Shown piece after piece: positions 10,672 through 23,740 of a stretch of 64,000 nt of DNA. The notes beneath the pieces are model-generated. The model saw only the letters and a list, made by a program, of their open reading frames with translations. It was not told the origin of the DNA and ran no database searches. A program made the position numbers and the translations under genes. This stretch comes from Eledone cirrhosa (taxonomy: Eukaryota), in the NCBI GenBank assembly GCA_964016885.1, contig OZ024749.1, positions 42,346,001 through 42,410,000 of the forward strand, read 5' to 3'. How positions within the stretch are numbered: the first letter of the stretch is position 1; every line of letters starts with the position of its first letter.

Positions 10672-11303
10672 GTGCCTATGAAAACCAAGGAGTTGTCTTG
10701 TACAAACACATCTACTTCAACTCTACAATAGAGACATTCAAAGTTTGGATAATCACTGTATTTTTTCTGTTGGTCACATACGAAAGTGTGAAGTGCCTAT
10801 ACCACATTATGCTTCCTCGACTGCAAGTCCGCTGGGTGATGTTTGGTTTGTATGTCGTTAACATTTACCCCCACTACTATTCATGGTGGTCATTATTCAA
10901 CTACCTCAACGAAGACTTCTACCCTTACTACTACCACCACATCTACTTCATGCTCACCGAAATGGTTGTTACTGCCATAGTCCTGAACATGTGCGATAAA
11001 CGCAACACCATCACTTTCACCAAATTATTCTTTGTGTTTTGCATCAGTACGATACACATCTTGCTCAGCGGAATGGACCAGTTTATAACACATGTCATCT
11101 ATGCACGTGGACGGAAGTTCCAAAATATTCGAAATGTCGGCTTAATGGTTCCTGATTTGGCTCACTTCATTGTGACCTGTGGACAGTTTGTTAAATTATA
11201 TCGGGCCAGTGAATTGCCACTCTCAGAATATGGTTATAAAGAAGGTGTAGGACTGGCATTTGTATTTATCTCTATTGGGACAGTCTTTGGAAAATTACTC
11301 TGA
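10672..11303 (+). CDS. Uncharacterised multi-pass membrane protein, last coding exon
   Basis: CCTAG acceptor; continues in frame AYENQGVVLYKHIYFN... through the 201 aa ORF with several hydrophobic helices to TGA; joined CDS 903 nt, 300 aa. Confidence 0.85.
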
Positions 11304-11416
11304 GAAATATGAAATATGATAAAAAAGAACAGACATAGGCACACAGATATGATCTCATGATGTGGCACCTTCTCTAACCCATGCAAACATGGAAAATGGA
11401 TATTAAATATTGATGT

Positions 11417-11930
11417 AGGTGTGTCAGAAAAGAAACAGAACGGGGGGGGGGGGTTTAAAAAAATATTTCAAATCTAAACTATAAACTACAATTTTTTTTT
11501 TTTCCCTTCGAAATAATTCCCCTCGAATCTAATGAGCTTTCTCATCCTTCCTTCGCCATGCACTCCTGGAAAGATTCCCCCAAGATTTTCTACAGCTCCA
11601 TCATCACGGCCCTCTTGATGGTGTCTACATCTGGGAAATGGGGATCTATGACTCATCACCGGTGATGACTCTCCTCAGCAAGTCTAGTTCAGTTTCAAGA
11701 TACTCAAATATGTCCAGACACACCTGGACCAGAAACTTCAGGTTGATTTGTTATCCTGTGCCCATCGCTCGACGGCCTAAAATTGAGTAGCTGTTAACAA
11801 AAGGAGGCAAGAGAACATACAATGGCTACAGAGAGCTGAGATCGCAGTTACATACTCCCCCATCACATAATGATGCAACCGGCTACTCCCTACCTCACAC
11901 AATACTGTTATTTTTCTGACACACCTCGTA
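11417..11930 (-). mobile_element. Internally deleted mariner-like element
   Basis: TIR AGGTGTGTCAGAAAAGAAACAG / CTGTTATTTTTCTGACACACCTCG-TA; internal decayed transposase-like sequence. Confidence 0.6.
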
Positions 11931-12355
11931 TGTATATACGACGGGCACTTTGATGTGAAGTTAACATGAAGATTTGAAAAAATTTTTATCGTTCGTTGAA
12001 AACATATTTTACAGATAGTATTATTTTTATATTGTTGTGATTTATATATAACGTCTTAATTATATTTTAACATTAGACTGTGTCCCTGTAATTATTCAAA
12101 ATATTTTTTACGGTTCTAGTTTATGACAAGTTATCTCCCTTTTCTTACATCGTAATATATTCATAAGCTTCTGTAGTTATTTTAAAACGCATTCGTTTTT
12201 ATTTGGTGCTAAGACAATTCTCCAAGGAACAATGCGGCGGGGGTGGGGGTAGAAGGCGGTGCAACCCCAGCACTCGCCCTTGACTACTCGAGATAAAGGC
12301 TGTTGGTGCAGCGTTCGACACTACAGTGTCCCAACGACTCCCCGAGAAGAGTTAA

Positions 12356-12545
12356 CCCTTTAGCATTTACATTTACATTACTCGATATTTACTATTATAC
12401 TTTCATTGTAAAGGTTTTACCTGACATAATATCGAATCTATGAGATTTTAATATTTATTTTGAGAACAACACCGTAACACCAGTTAAAGCGGCTGGTTTG
12501 AACAGAAAGAGATGAGTGGATGTGACTGGTTTAAATGCTAAAGGG
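12356..12545. mobile_element. piggyBac-type MITE (family P)
   Basis: TTAA|CCCTTTAGCATTTA ... TAAATGCTAAAGGG|TTAA; TTAA duplication and CCCT termini. Confidence 0.85.
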
Positions 12546-12558
12546 TTAAAGGACGGTG

Positions 12559-12670
12559 GATGAAAGGCAAAGTTAACCTCGGCGGGATTTGAACTCAGAT
12601 CGTAAAGGGACGTAACTATGCTGGAAAGCATGGCGTCCGACCCTCTACCGATACTGCCAATCCACCGCCC
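12559..12670 (-). mobile_element. SINE family B 5' half
   Basis: Reverse strand GGGCGGTGGATTGGCAGTATCGGTAGAG...GAGTTCAAATCCCGCCGAGGTTAACTTTGCCTTTCATCC. Confidence 0.75.
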
Positions 12671-13039
12671 TATAATATAATATAATAATAATATTCGGTT
12701 TATTTACAAGTAAACAGCCTAATAAAGAACTACGTGGTAGCTGAGAGAAAACAATTACGAGGCTGTTTATTTGTAAACAAACCCAATATTAATAATTATG
12801 ACATTATTATTATTTTCTCACGGATACACTTAGGTATCCACCAGGTTAAGAGTGAAAACAAATTTTGTTTTTGACCCCATGATGAAAAATAAAAGGTTTT
12901 ATACAAGCATATCTATCGATATTTTCTGCTGTTGGTGAAACGAACGTAAAATCAATAAAATAATATAACTCTACCTATACTCTTGGTTTTTATATTTTAT
13001 TTATTATGTATATACATGTGTGTGTATTGGATACATTGA

Positions 13040-13410
13040 AGCTCCGATGTCTGGCAACTGAAATCATTAACCATCTTGCCAACAACCCTGAGCACCTTTT
13101 TGATTTCCACGTGTCTAACACCCGTAGGCATGCCTAATAAGTCAGAAAACAGCACAGTTCCCATGACTTTCGGAAACATTTTTTCAAGCTTAGAGTTGTT
13201 GAAGCATGGAACAAACTACCTACATCAGTTGTTAGCTGTCGAGACACTGCATCCTTTAAAACCTCCATGCTTCCTGAGATTCGCCAACACTACACCTGAT
13301 GTTCCCTCCCTTCCATACACACGCACATTATTCTATGTACTATACATGCTCTTTTGATGAGTTATAGTGCACCTGAGCACTGTACACAATAATTTCATTA
13401 TCATTATATA
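13040..13410 (+). mobile_element. CR1-clade LINE 3' end
   Basis: Translates ...NTRRHA*..RKQHSSHDFRKHFFKLRVVEAWNKLPTSVVSCRDTASFK (CR1 C-terminal motif); tail AGTGCACCTGAGCACTGTACACAATAAT; other fragments at ~10017-10140, 16470-16590, 18340-18395, 20500-20708(-). Confidence 0.8.
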
Positions 13411-14517
13411 TCTTTCCACCTTTTTACGCATATTTTTCCACACACGGTCGCATTCGCCTTTCTTTCCCTCCTACATATATGTTGTGACAGAGAAACAGCT
13501 TCTCTTTTATAATATTGATATGGCAATGAAAAGCTTGAAGTGGCCATAATATGCTGTATGTGTATCATTACAGTGCTTCCATGCTTCCATCAGGGAGTTC
13601 AAGCCCCATGGCATAACTGCTAGTAAATAAATAAATACCATCAATGAACAATATGCAGAAAAATAGATTTTATTTGCTAAATTTACAGAGAATCTCAAGG
13701 AGGGGAGGGGGGTTAAAGTTTTTCTCAAGGAAGCAAATATATTGAAAAAAAATAAAAACAAAAATGTTCTGACTATATTAGGAAAGGGGAAGAGGAAACA
13801 GTATATTACTGGTACTTTATCAATGACATTCCACAGATCCCAGTAGAATGATGAAAGTGGGAAGGGGTTATCTTAACCATGAGCAGGGGTTTCAACTTAC
13901 AGCATGGGGTACTGAAGTAGGTAATAATTATATCAACAATAATGTAGCTGTATCTATTCAGGCTCTAAACCCATTGAATCAGCTCTACTGTTCTACACAT
14001 AGAGAATATCGCTTTTTTTTTCTTTGTTGTAAGGGACAACTAAAAGGGTTGGCACCAAGTAGGAATGAATTTAGCTGGTATAGAGGGGCCCCTAGTTGAT
14101 AATTTCATTGGGGTTTTTGTGTATTATTTATAGTAGCAAAAAAGAAAAAAAAAATCAATTCTGTGGCCTTCTGGATGTAGCCTAGTCTTAATAGTATATT
14201 ACTGGTACCTTATAAATGACATCTTAGAGATCCCAGTAGAATGAGGGAAGGGCAAGAGGGGGCATGTCTTGATCATGAATAGGGTTTAAACTTACGACAT
14301 CGAGTAATTAATTTTGGGGGTCCCCTTTAGATATTGTGGGACTTCTGGAAATAGCCTAGTCAGACACCCCACATCCCATAATTCGCTGGAAAGAGCATCT
14401 GGTTGTAAAACATTGCCCCATAAAAGACTCCCGTTGATGAGTATGAAGTTTATGACGGGATCTTGCAGGGCTAACCCTGGTTTTAGCAAGGAAAATAGCA
14501 TTACAGGACTTGTAGAT

Positions 14518-14675
14518 CAGTGTTTCTCAAGGTGGAGCATATACACACTGCCATATATTATACGATGCTACACACTACGATTTTTACTATATACATAGTA
14601 TACTATACACTTTGTTCAAACATGGAGTTGTACATATTTGAAGTGGGACATGGGACAAAAGGTTGAGAAACATTG
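14518..14675. mobile_element. hAT/Charlie-type MITE
   Basis: TIR CAGTGTTTCTCAA / TTGAGAAACATTG; 8-bp TSD not recognisable. Confidence 0.55.
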
Positions 14676-14707
14676 ATATTCAGTGTATAAGACTAAATGA
14701 ACACTTT

Positions 14708-14915
14708 TAGGCACAAGGCCAATCATTTTTTTGGTGGAGGGGAAAGTCGATTAATTCGACCCCGGTTCATTACTGGTACTTTATTTTATTGATCCCATAA
14801 GGGTGAAAGGCAAAGCTAACCTGGGCAGGATTTGAACCCTGGATGTAAAGGGCCATAACTCTATGCCGCGAAGCATGGTGTTCAACGCCCTACCGATTCT
14901 GCTAATCCACTGCTC
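14708..14915 (-). mobile_element. SINE family B copy
   Basis: Full head, centre and tail similarity to 54152-54338. Confidence 0.75.
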
Positions 14916-15393
14916 TAATGCCCATCAAAATAATAACGAAATATTTAGTGTGATGGTCTACTGTTGTGTGTTGGCGATCCCTGCCATATAGGTATGGTGT
15001 AGTGTGGGGTGGGGACAAATACTCATTGGTTTCTTTCTTGTGTAGAAACTCAAAATTTATTAACAATGCAGGATGCTCTAGATAATTAACCCTGTAGCCT
15101 ACAAATATGACTGCTTCCTAACCCCCTAACATATTGTAATATAGAACTGATAAACAGCATTAATAAAGGTAGGACAACACCTGACTAGATATATACCAGG
15201 GTCAACTGCAATGTTCATTGGCCGACTAAGATACTCTCATGGAATGACCAAATGAGGTTTGTTTTTCAATATAGTCCCCTGGAAAGAAACAATGCTGTTA
15301 TTAATAAGAAGAGTTGAAACTAATGTATGCAAGATTTCACAGCTCTAGCCTCACTCCTTCATAGTCAGCCGAAACCTTGTGTGTGTGTATGTG

Positions 15394-15425
<32 letters not shown>

Positions 15426-15565
15426 ATGTTTTTTTTCTGTCAGCTTTTCCATGCTGGCATGGGTTGGATGGGACTTTTTGAGGCAGTTCTTTACAGCCGG
15501 GTGCCCTTCCTTACACACAGGGATACAGTGTACTTATTGTAAACTAGATATTGATTTTTGGTTAA

Positions 15566-15688
15566 CCCTTTAGCATTTACATTACTCTGTATATACTTTT
15601 GTATTTTCACAGTAAAGGCTTTATCTCACATAATATTGAATCTGTGAGAGAATTCTGGCCAGATATGGCCAGTTTAAATACTAAAGAG
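15566..15688. mobile_element. piggyBac-type MITE (family P), internally deleted
   Basis: TTAA|CCCTTTAGCATTTAC ... TAAATACTAAAGAG|TTAA. Confidence 0.75.
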
Positions 15689-15947
15689 TTAAGCTAAGAT
15701 TGACCAATAAATGAGAGAAAATAATGTGTGTGTATATCTATAATAGAGACACAATGGTTTACACTAGCAAAGGATTTACTGCTTGGCTGTTCATAGTTCA
15801 AATTCCATTAGGATCTACATCAATATTAATTCCTCTATAATGTGAGTGGGTTTAATACATGAAATACCAGTAATATACTACACTGGCCAAATATAGCTCC
15901 TTGCTTCCACCCATCTCATTACACCTACAAAACTGCTTTTCTAACTA

Positions 15948-16320
15948 ATAATAATAATGGTTTCTACTTTAGGCACAAGACCAGCAATGTTTTAGAGGGA
16001 GGGGAAAGTCGATTAAATCAACCCCGTAAGGATAAAAGGCAATGCTAACCTCGGCAGGATTTGAACTCAGATCGTAAAGGGCCATAACTCTATGCTGCAA
16101 AGCATGGTGTCCGACACTCTACCAATACACCGCCCTCTATTAATATATAATTGTTTCTACTTTTGGCACAAGGCCAGCAATTACCCAGTACATTACTGGT
16201 ACTTTATTTTATCGACCTCGTAAGGATGAAAGGCGGGATTTGAACTCAGATCGTAAAGGGACTTAACTGTGCTGGAAAGCATGTCTGACCCTCTACCGAT
16301 ACTGCCAATTCACCGCCCCT
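15948..16320 (-). mobile_element. Two tandem SINE family B copies
   Basis: Two successive head-centre-tail units (~15948-16136, ~16148-16320) separated by TAA-rich sequence. Confidence 0.75.
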
Positions 16321-17464
16321 CTATTAATATATAATAACAATAATAACTATGTGTGCTTTCCTAACAATTTTGAGTATTTATGCTATGTTGTGTATCTTCT
16401 ACTCTATACAGTAGTCTCTAGTTAAGCTGAGTGCAGGGCACTAGTGGAGTGTTTGTGATGTCTTACAAAGCTGTGTATTTGTGTGTGAGCCCTAGGATGT
16501 TCAGGTCATACATACTTTCCCAACATTTGTACATTATTCTATGTACTATATATGCACCTCTGATGAGTTGTAGTGCACCTGAGCACATTATATTTACTAT
16601 TATATTTCTACGGTAAAGGCTTCACCTCACATAATATCGAATCTATGAGATTTTGATATTATTCATTTCCAGAACAATACCTTAACATCAGTATGAGTGG
16701 CCGGTTACAGCCAGTTTGAACAGAGAGAGGTAGGGGAATTCTGGCCGGATACGGCCGGTTTAAATGCTAAGGGGTTAAGCTGAGAGGATATCAGTGGCGT
16801 AGCTGTGAAGGGGGTTTCTGTGAAACTATGATGAAGAGAGAGATATAAGTTGACATCACATTTTTCAGGCTGTGTCCTCTCTATAGCTAGTATTCCACTA
16901 CAGCAACATCCTCTGCTCCTTTAACTACTAAATACCACTCCACAAAAATAAATCCATATCATTGCAGTCTACTCTGCATCTTATATTGACACACTTGTGT
17001 CTCGTCTTGCTGTCACATCACTAAACAATTTGGCCAATCCTTCTTCTTTAAACTGCATCCACCCAGAACTTTCCTCCTTGCCAACATTAACTACATTAAC
17101 TATATATACAGCCCCTCCCCCCACCCATTAGACAAGGTGGTAAAAACATTTTTTTAAATAAAATAAAAAAAAACAACCTTTTCTTGCCCACTCTGGACAT
17201 TGAATAATAAGGATAAAAATAATAATAATAAAAAATAGAAGTAAATATTTTTTCTTCCTTTATATGCTCCTTGTCAAATCCTTCTTCCAACAAACTGCCA
17301 CCCTCTGGAACTCATCTCCAACCCTTCCACCTTCAACCACAAACCTGCACCATGATTAAATTGGACATTCAATAACAATTTTTTGACTGGTAAAATGCTA
17401 TGGGTTTGCCCCATCCTCTTCTGACCAACTGATAAAAAAAAGGTAAGTGTATATGCATATGTAA

Positions 17465-17499
<35 letters not shown>

Positions 17500-17779
17500 G
17501 TAGTAGTAGTAGTAGCTTTGGATAAATAAATAAAAATAATAATAATAATAATTTCTAATTTAGACACAAGGCAGCCAATAATTATGGGTGGGGGGAGTAG
17601 AGGTGGGTGTAGGAAGTCTATTATATCGAATCCCCCCTCCCCCCAGTACTTTATGTTAACAATCTCTGAAGGATGAAAGGTAAAGTTGACCTTGGTGGGA
17701 TTTGAAACTGAAACAGAAGGTTGGAATGAATTATTACAATGCATTTCATCCAACAGCCCCTTTAACATATTATTAATAA

Positions 17780-18006
17780 TAATAATAATGGTTTCTAGTG
17801 TAGGCACAAGGCCAGCAATTTTGGGGGAAGGAAAAATCAATTAAATTGACCCCAGTGCATTACTGGTGCTTTATTTTATCGACCCCATAAGGATGAAAGG
17901 CAAAGCTAACCATGGCAGGATTTGAACTCAGAAAGCAAAGGGCCGTAACTCTATGCTGCGAAGCATGATGTCCGACGCTCTACCGATTCTGCCAATCCAC
18001 CGCACT
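17780..18006 (-). mobile_element. SINE family B copy
   Basis: Full-length similarity to other family B copies, (TAA)n tail. Confidence 0.75.
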
Positions 18007-18227
18007 TATAACAATAATACAATACATTTAGTTTAAGAACAGCATAATAATAATAATAATAATATAGTAATAATAAAAACAGCTTCCAAAGAGATTCTAT
18101 TCTAGTGTGTAGACAAGACTGTCTAAATGAGGCCGGTTGGTTGACGGGCTGACTGGCTGACTGGTAGGTTAGTTGAGTGGTTGTGGCGGTGGTGGAGGTT
18201 TGATGTATCTCTCTCTCTGAAAGCTAC

Positions 18228-18309
18228 TCAAGGGTTGAAAGTTAACAATCCAGCATCAACAAGTTTCCTCACTTTCTTTCTCAGTTCAGCATCTCCTTGG
18301 TGTAACATA
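18228..18309 (-). CDS. STI1/DP-domain protein, last exon
   Basis: CTTCTTGCAG acceptor, phase 2; (S)MLHQGDAELRKKVRKLVDAGLLTFNP*; resembles the HOP/STI1 DP2 end (KIQKLxDxGLI). Confidence 0.8.
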
Positions 18310-18460
18310 CTGCAAGAAGAGACAGAAATTCTACTATACATGCACATTTGATGAGTTGTAGTGCACCTGAGCACTGTACACAATAATTTTTATTATAAAA
18401 TTATTATAAAAAGAATATTTTTAAAAAAAGTACACACATATATATATATATATATATATA

Positions 18461-18602
18461 AGATATATTAACAAATGGAAACTATATAATCGTACTTTTT
18501 AAAAATATATCATATTTTTACTCCAATAATTTGTTGAGTGCTTTATATCAGTTATAAAAATATTTGCTTGTTGTATCCCAACAATTTAAATAGAACTTCC
18601 AC
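18461..18602 (+). mobile_element. Tail-only fragment of the hammerhead/PLE-like family
   Basis: Homologous to the reverse complement of ~60350-60460; ACTCC...GAGTGCT tail motif; (TA)n on both sides. Confidence 0.6.
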
Positions 18603-18843
18603 ATATATATATATATATATAATAATTGTTTCTACGGTTATCTTCATGTTGTATTTTAACCTGCATTTTTGATTTTTGATTGTACCTCTTAATATAAATG
18701 TAATCTCGAAGTGTGTACTGCCACTCTAAATTCTGTAATGAATGTTGACCCACAATGTTTGAATATGTATCAATGTTTGAATATGTATCGGTATGTCTCT
18801 CGGCTGAAAAGGAGGTCATATAACTGTCCATGCATTAATAAAT

Positions 18844-18890
18844 TGCTCCGAAGAATCCAAACCTCGGTTTGGAGGAAACAGCTGTAAGCA
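18844..18890 (+). ncRNA. Hammerhead-like motif (CCGAAGA core variant)
   Basis: TGCT-CCGAAGA-ATCCAAAC-CTCG-GTTTGGAG-GAAA-CAGCTG-TA-AGCA; palindromic stem III; inside a (TA)n-flanked insert ~18621-19105. Confidence 0.6.
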
Positions 18891-19252
18891 CAATAATGTT
18901 TTGAACAGTTCTTTGATTCTTATATTTCATATAACTGCTCTGTAAATCATCTGATGTTTTTACATTGAGCTACTTAACTTACTGGTAATAAGGTAATAAT
19001 ACATTACTGCCTACCACTATTTAGGGTGTGTGTAAAATACTTATAACTGCAGAAGGTTTTGTATTTACATAACCATAAATAGTATAACTAATACTATATA
19101 AATATATATATATAGTCTACAGTGCTGAGACTGGAGAGGCCAGTAATCGTGGGACCACTCAATACATGGGGAAATGTATAGTGGGTATAGAGGTAGATAA
19201 AATCCTGACCACAGCGCCAAGCCGAACTAAAAAAAACAAAAAAAACACTGAC

Positions 19253-19547
19253 CTTTGGGCCCTTTCAGGGTTTTGGTTTTGCATTGCTATTACTTCCTGG
19301 ACCTTCTTGTCAATAAGGGCTTCCCGGATTTCAGGATCTGTGAGTAGGTCCTGCATTCTGTGTTCGTTGTCCATGTAAGCAGAAGACATGTGGTTCAGAG
19401 ATGAGGCAGCAGCCCCACCGGTGAACGAAGAGGAAGAGGGAGAAGAAGAGGAAGTGGTGGCTGTGTCCTGAAGAGGGGGTGTGGCTGCCATCAAATTACA
19501 TGGCTTGTGGGTGCCGTCTTTCTTGTCTAGCTTCAACAGATGGTCAC
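19253..19547 (-). CDS. STI1/DP-domain protein, exon 5
   Basis: TTTGCCAG acceptor, GTCAGT donor, phase 1/2; GDHLLKLDKK...MQDLLTDPEIREALIDKKVQEVIAMQNQNPERAQ. Confidence 0.8.
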
Positions 19548-19963
19548 CTGGCAAACAAGGATAAAAAAACACAAAAAAATACAATATAATCTACACAAGT
19601 CCCCCCCCCTATCAACCTCACCACCTTTATTGCCACCGTCATCCTCTCTCCAATATCAACCTCATCACCATCACCCTACCCCCAATAACCGTACCACCAT
19701 CACTACCACCCCATATCAACTTCCCCACTTTCATCACCTCCACCACCCCAATATCAACCTCACCACCATCATCCCCTCTCCAGTATCAACCTCACCCCTA
19801 TTACCACCATTACTACATTACTACCATAACCCTCATAATGTGACAACTCGTCGAAACCATGCAAGCATAGAAAAATAGATGCTAAATGATGATGATGGTG
19901 ATGATGTTACCTCTGTCAGTTTCCCTCTCTAATATTTTTTACTATTAATATTGAAAACCTTAC

Positions 19964-20146
19964 CTAATATACTACAGAATTCTTGCATAGATGCTTGTAG
20001 ATCCTTGTTTCCCTGGTATTTGGCCATGGCAGACTGAGGGTTCTTCTGGAAATCTGTGATGGCTTCGATGAAAGTAGGGTCTGAGAGGCGCGAGATTAAA
20101 TTTGGATTGCTCTGAAGACGCATCAACAAAGCATCGGTAACCCACT
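19964..20146 (-). CDS. STI1/DP-domain protein, exon 4
   Basis: TTTTCTCTCCAG acceptor, GTAAGG donor, 183 nt; EWVTDALLMRLQSNPNLISRLSDPTFIEAITDFQKNPQSAMAKYQGNKDLQASMQEFCSILG. Confidence 0.85.
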
Positions 20147-20844
20147 CTGGAGAGAAAAAAATAACAACAGTAACAACTGAAAATACAAACTGAGTTACAA
20201 TACAAACTATTTTAAAATATTTATATATATCTAAAAAAAAAAACAATCCATTATAATTTCATGTAAGAACCTTTAATCTATGCTCCGAAAAAGCTTAAGA
20301 AATTTATTTATGGGACTAAATCCTTCCAAATTTCTTGATAATATTCATTAGAAATATGGTAATATAACTTAAAAGGTAATCCTACGTAAAATTATGACGG
20401 GAATTTAAAATTTAAATATGAGCACTTTTTATTTTAATTTAGAGTTATCTCTCCAGCTTTCAGAGTCTTGGGAATCACTATCATCAATATAATAATAATA
20501 ATGGAGATTGTAGTGTACAGTGCTCAGGTGCACTACAACTCATCAAAAGTACATGTATAGTACATAGAATAATGTACAAATGTCAGGAAAGTGAACAGTG
20601 TCTGAGTCATGACATACACACAGATATATGCATGCGTGTGTAGTGTTGGCGAATTTCAGGAAGCATGGAAGTTTTGAAGGATGCAGTGTCCCAGCAACTA
20701 ACAACTGAATAGCTGTAACCTGGTTTTGAACTACTGACCTTACTATTTCATCACTAACAGATTGCTAACCAAATCGCCTACAATCATCCCATCACGCTGG
20801 ACTGGGAATCAAACTCACAATGCCTTCACTAGACAAATCCTAGA

Positions 20845-21300
20845 CCCCCATCCAAAATACAAATAAAAAATGTACCCTAAAATCCCATACCCCCATCCAA
20901 AATAAAAATTAAAATGTACCCTAAAATTCCATACCCCCATCCAAAATAAAATTAAAAAAAATGTACCCTAAAATCCCATACCCCCATCCAAAATAAAAAT
21001 TAAAATGTACCCTAAAATTCCATACCCCCATCCAAAATAAAATAAAAAAAAATGTACCCTAAAATCCCATACCCCCATCCAAAATAAAAATTTAAATGTA
21101 CCCTAAAATTCCATACCACCATCCAAAAAAAAAAAAAAAAAATGTACCCTAAAATCCCATACCCCCATCCAAAATAAAAATTAAAATGTACCCTAAAATT
21201 CCATACCACCATCCATAAAAAAAAAAAAAAAAAAATGTACCCTAAAATCCCATACCCCCATCCAAAATAAAAATAAAAATGTACTCTAACATCCCACACA
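20845..21300. repeat. ~40-bp minisatellite, about 11 units, alternating variants
   Basis: Unit CCCCCATCCAAAATAAAAATTAAAATGTACCCTAAAAT(T/C)CCATA. Confidence 0.9.
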
Positions 21301-21363
21301 CCCTAAATGAACCCTAACAAAACTGAACCCAAACTCTCATCAAAGATTGTGTATGTGACTAAC

Positions 21364-21877
21364 CTGTGGAATTAAGAAGGGTCTGCTTCTCGCGGATATT
21401 TTCAAGTTCCTCGTGTAATTCGAAACTGGAACTTCTGACGTCGGTGTTCTTTGGTTTGATAAACGGCATGTCTTTGTTGTAAGTCTTCTTACTGCCAATC
21501 TGATTACAATCACTCAAGTTCTTGGTGTCATTGCTACGCTTTGTGTTGCAGCCTCCACCACCAGCGCCAGCGCCAGCACCAGCACCACTATTATTACTAC
21601 TGCTATTACTACTACTACTACTACTACTACTAGTACTGCCACCACTACTGCCGTCTCTAGAATTGTTGGTGATGTTTTCTAAAAATCCTTTTTTAATACC
21701 ACCAAACGCAGCACGGTTGTCCTTCGACTGCAGCCCAGCGTTGCTACCACTACCACCACCACCACCACCACCACTGCTGTTGGTTGCGATGTAGTTGTAT
21801 GTGGAATGGCTGGCTCCTGATGGCAAGCAAGAAGCTCCCGCACATGCCCCAACCATATTACTGGTAGAGAGTTGCAC
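21364..21877 (-). CDS. STI1/DP-domain protein, exon 3 (Gly/Ser-rich)
   Basis: CCACAG acceptor, GTTAGT donor, phase 0/1; VQLSTSNMVG...AFGGIKKGFL...KDMPFIKPK...LLNST. Confidence 0.8.
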
Positions 21878-22883
21878 CTGTGGATTATATAGTAACAACA
21901 AACATGACAACAAAAACAACAACAACAACAACAAGGATTTATAACATTTTTTGCACAAATCTACACATTAGAGGAAGGAGAAGGGGTACATAGTTAGTTG
22001 ATGTAATTGACCTTCAGTGTATTACTGGTATGTTATTTCATCTACCTCATCGTAACAACTATGATATCATCAATAACAAAAGCAAGCATTTATAACATTT
22101 AGGACTACAAAGGTCTGCTGAGAAGTTCATAAGGTTGACCAAGATACTCTCATGGACTGTGGGAGCTGATAAACCATATCATCAATATACGAGGGGCAGC
22201 TGAAAAGTTCAAAGGCTTGAAGTTCATACGCAGACCAAGATACTCTTATGGAATGACCAGATGAGGTTTATTATTAAACATAGTCTTAACTATATACTGT
22301 AAAACATGTTATCTGACACTTTACCAATACTGGCAACCCATCACCCTTCACACATAATAATGGTCTCTGGTTCTGGCACAAGGCCAACAATTGGAGGGGG
22401 GGGGGGGCGTTAAATCGATCCTGGTGGCATTTGAACTCAAAACGTAAAAGATCAGAACAATTATGAGTGTGTGTGTATATATGTAGATCCTCATCCTCAT
22501 CACTGTTTAAGGCCCATTTTTTCACGCTAGCATGGGTTAGACAAGTTGTCCTGTTGTGGGCAATGCCAGGTCATGCGACCATGTCTTGCTCATACAGAAC
22601 TGATTTTGGCTTAGTTTCTACGGCAGGATGCCCTTCCTAGCGCCAGCCACATTTACAGTGTGTACTGTGTGCTTTTTATTGGGGAACTAAAATTACCACT
22701 TTACAGAAATATATAAATAGAGAGCGAGAGAGAGAGTGAGGGGGTGAGAAAGAGAGAGGGTCATATATATGCAGTGAGTATATATATATATACACACACA
22801 CACACATACACTCACTCTCATATCTCATAGAAACATGTATATATATCATCATCCTCATCATTTTTACATGTTTTTCCACACAT

Positions 22884-22927
<44 letters not shown>

Positions 22928-23099
22928 GATAGGATGGACAGACAGTTATAGGAGAGAGGGAGGTGGTGGTGGTGGGGGCAGCTGTTATGGCTAAAAAAAC
23001 AACAACAACAAAAAACAAACCAAAAAAACAAAGAAAGAAGTTCTACAGTCCAGTGGAATACCAAATATATCATTGCTGGCAACTGTACAACAAACTACA

Positions 23100-23740
23100 G
23101 TTTATATATCAACACACACACATACACACGGATACTCTTACACCCCACCTCGACACACACACACACACACGGATACATAGACATATACAGTCACACACAC
23201 AAACATTCTTACTCACATACTCAAACACTCACTCACTCTCGCTCATTTACACCTAGACATACCCACACTCTCTCACACACACACACACACACACATTCTC
23301 CCTTACACAGACACACCCTCTCTCACACACACACACACACATACCCACGCTCATACGGATACTCTCTCATTCATACCTAGATATACTTACGCTCACAGAC
23401 ACACTCAATCACACCTAGACATACCCACACACACACACACTCTCACATAAGCATACCCACATACACATACATCTATACATGCCTATACACACATGCACTC
23501 AATCACTCTCATTCTCTCTCTCTCTCTCTCTCACACATACACACTCACACACATATAGACACACAGTCTCACACATAGACATACCCACACTGTTACACAT
23601 ACACACATGCACTCAATTACTCTTTCCCTCAAACACACAAACTCGTGCACACATTGACTTAAACACATACACACTCTCACATACCTATACATACCCACAC
23701 ACACACTTTCTCTCTCTCTCTTATACCCACACACACATAC
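23100..23740. repeat. Degenerate (CA)n/(CT)n low-complexity tract
   Basis: Long CA-rich microsatellite decay. Confidence 0.85.

Noticed and set aside
17274-17840. 188 aa ORF
   Set aside because: Composed of SINE-B fragments, microsatellites and a decayed LINE piece
21522-21794. Plus-strand poly-Leu/Pro ORF (similarly 27850-28379)
   Set aside because: Antisense of low-complexity coding exons of the STI1-domain gene
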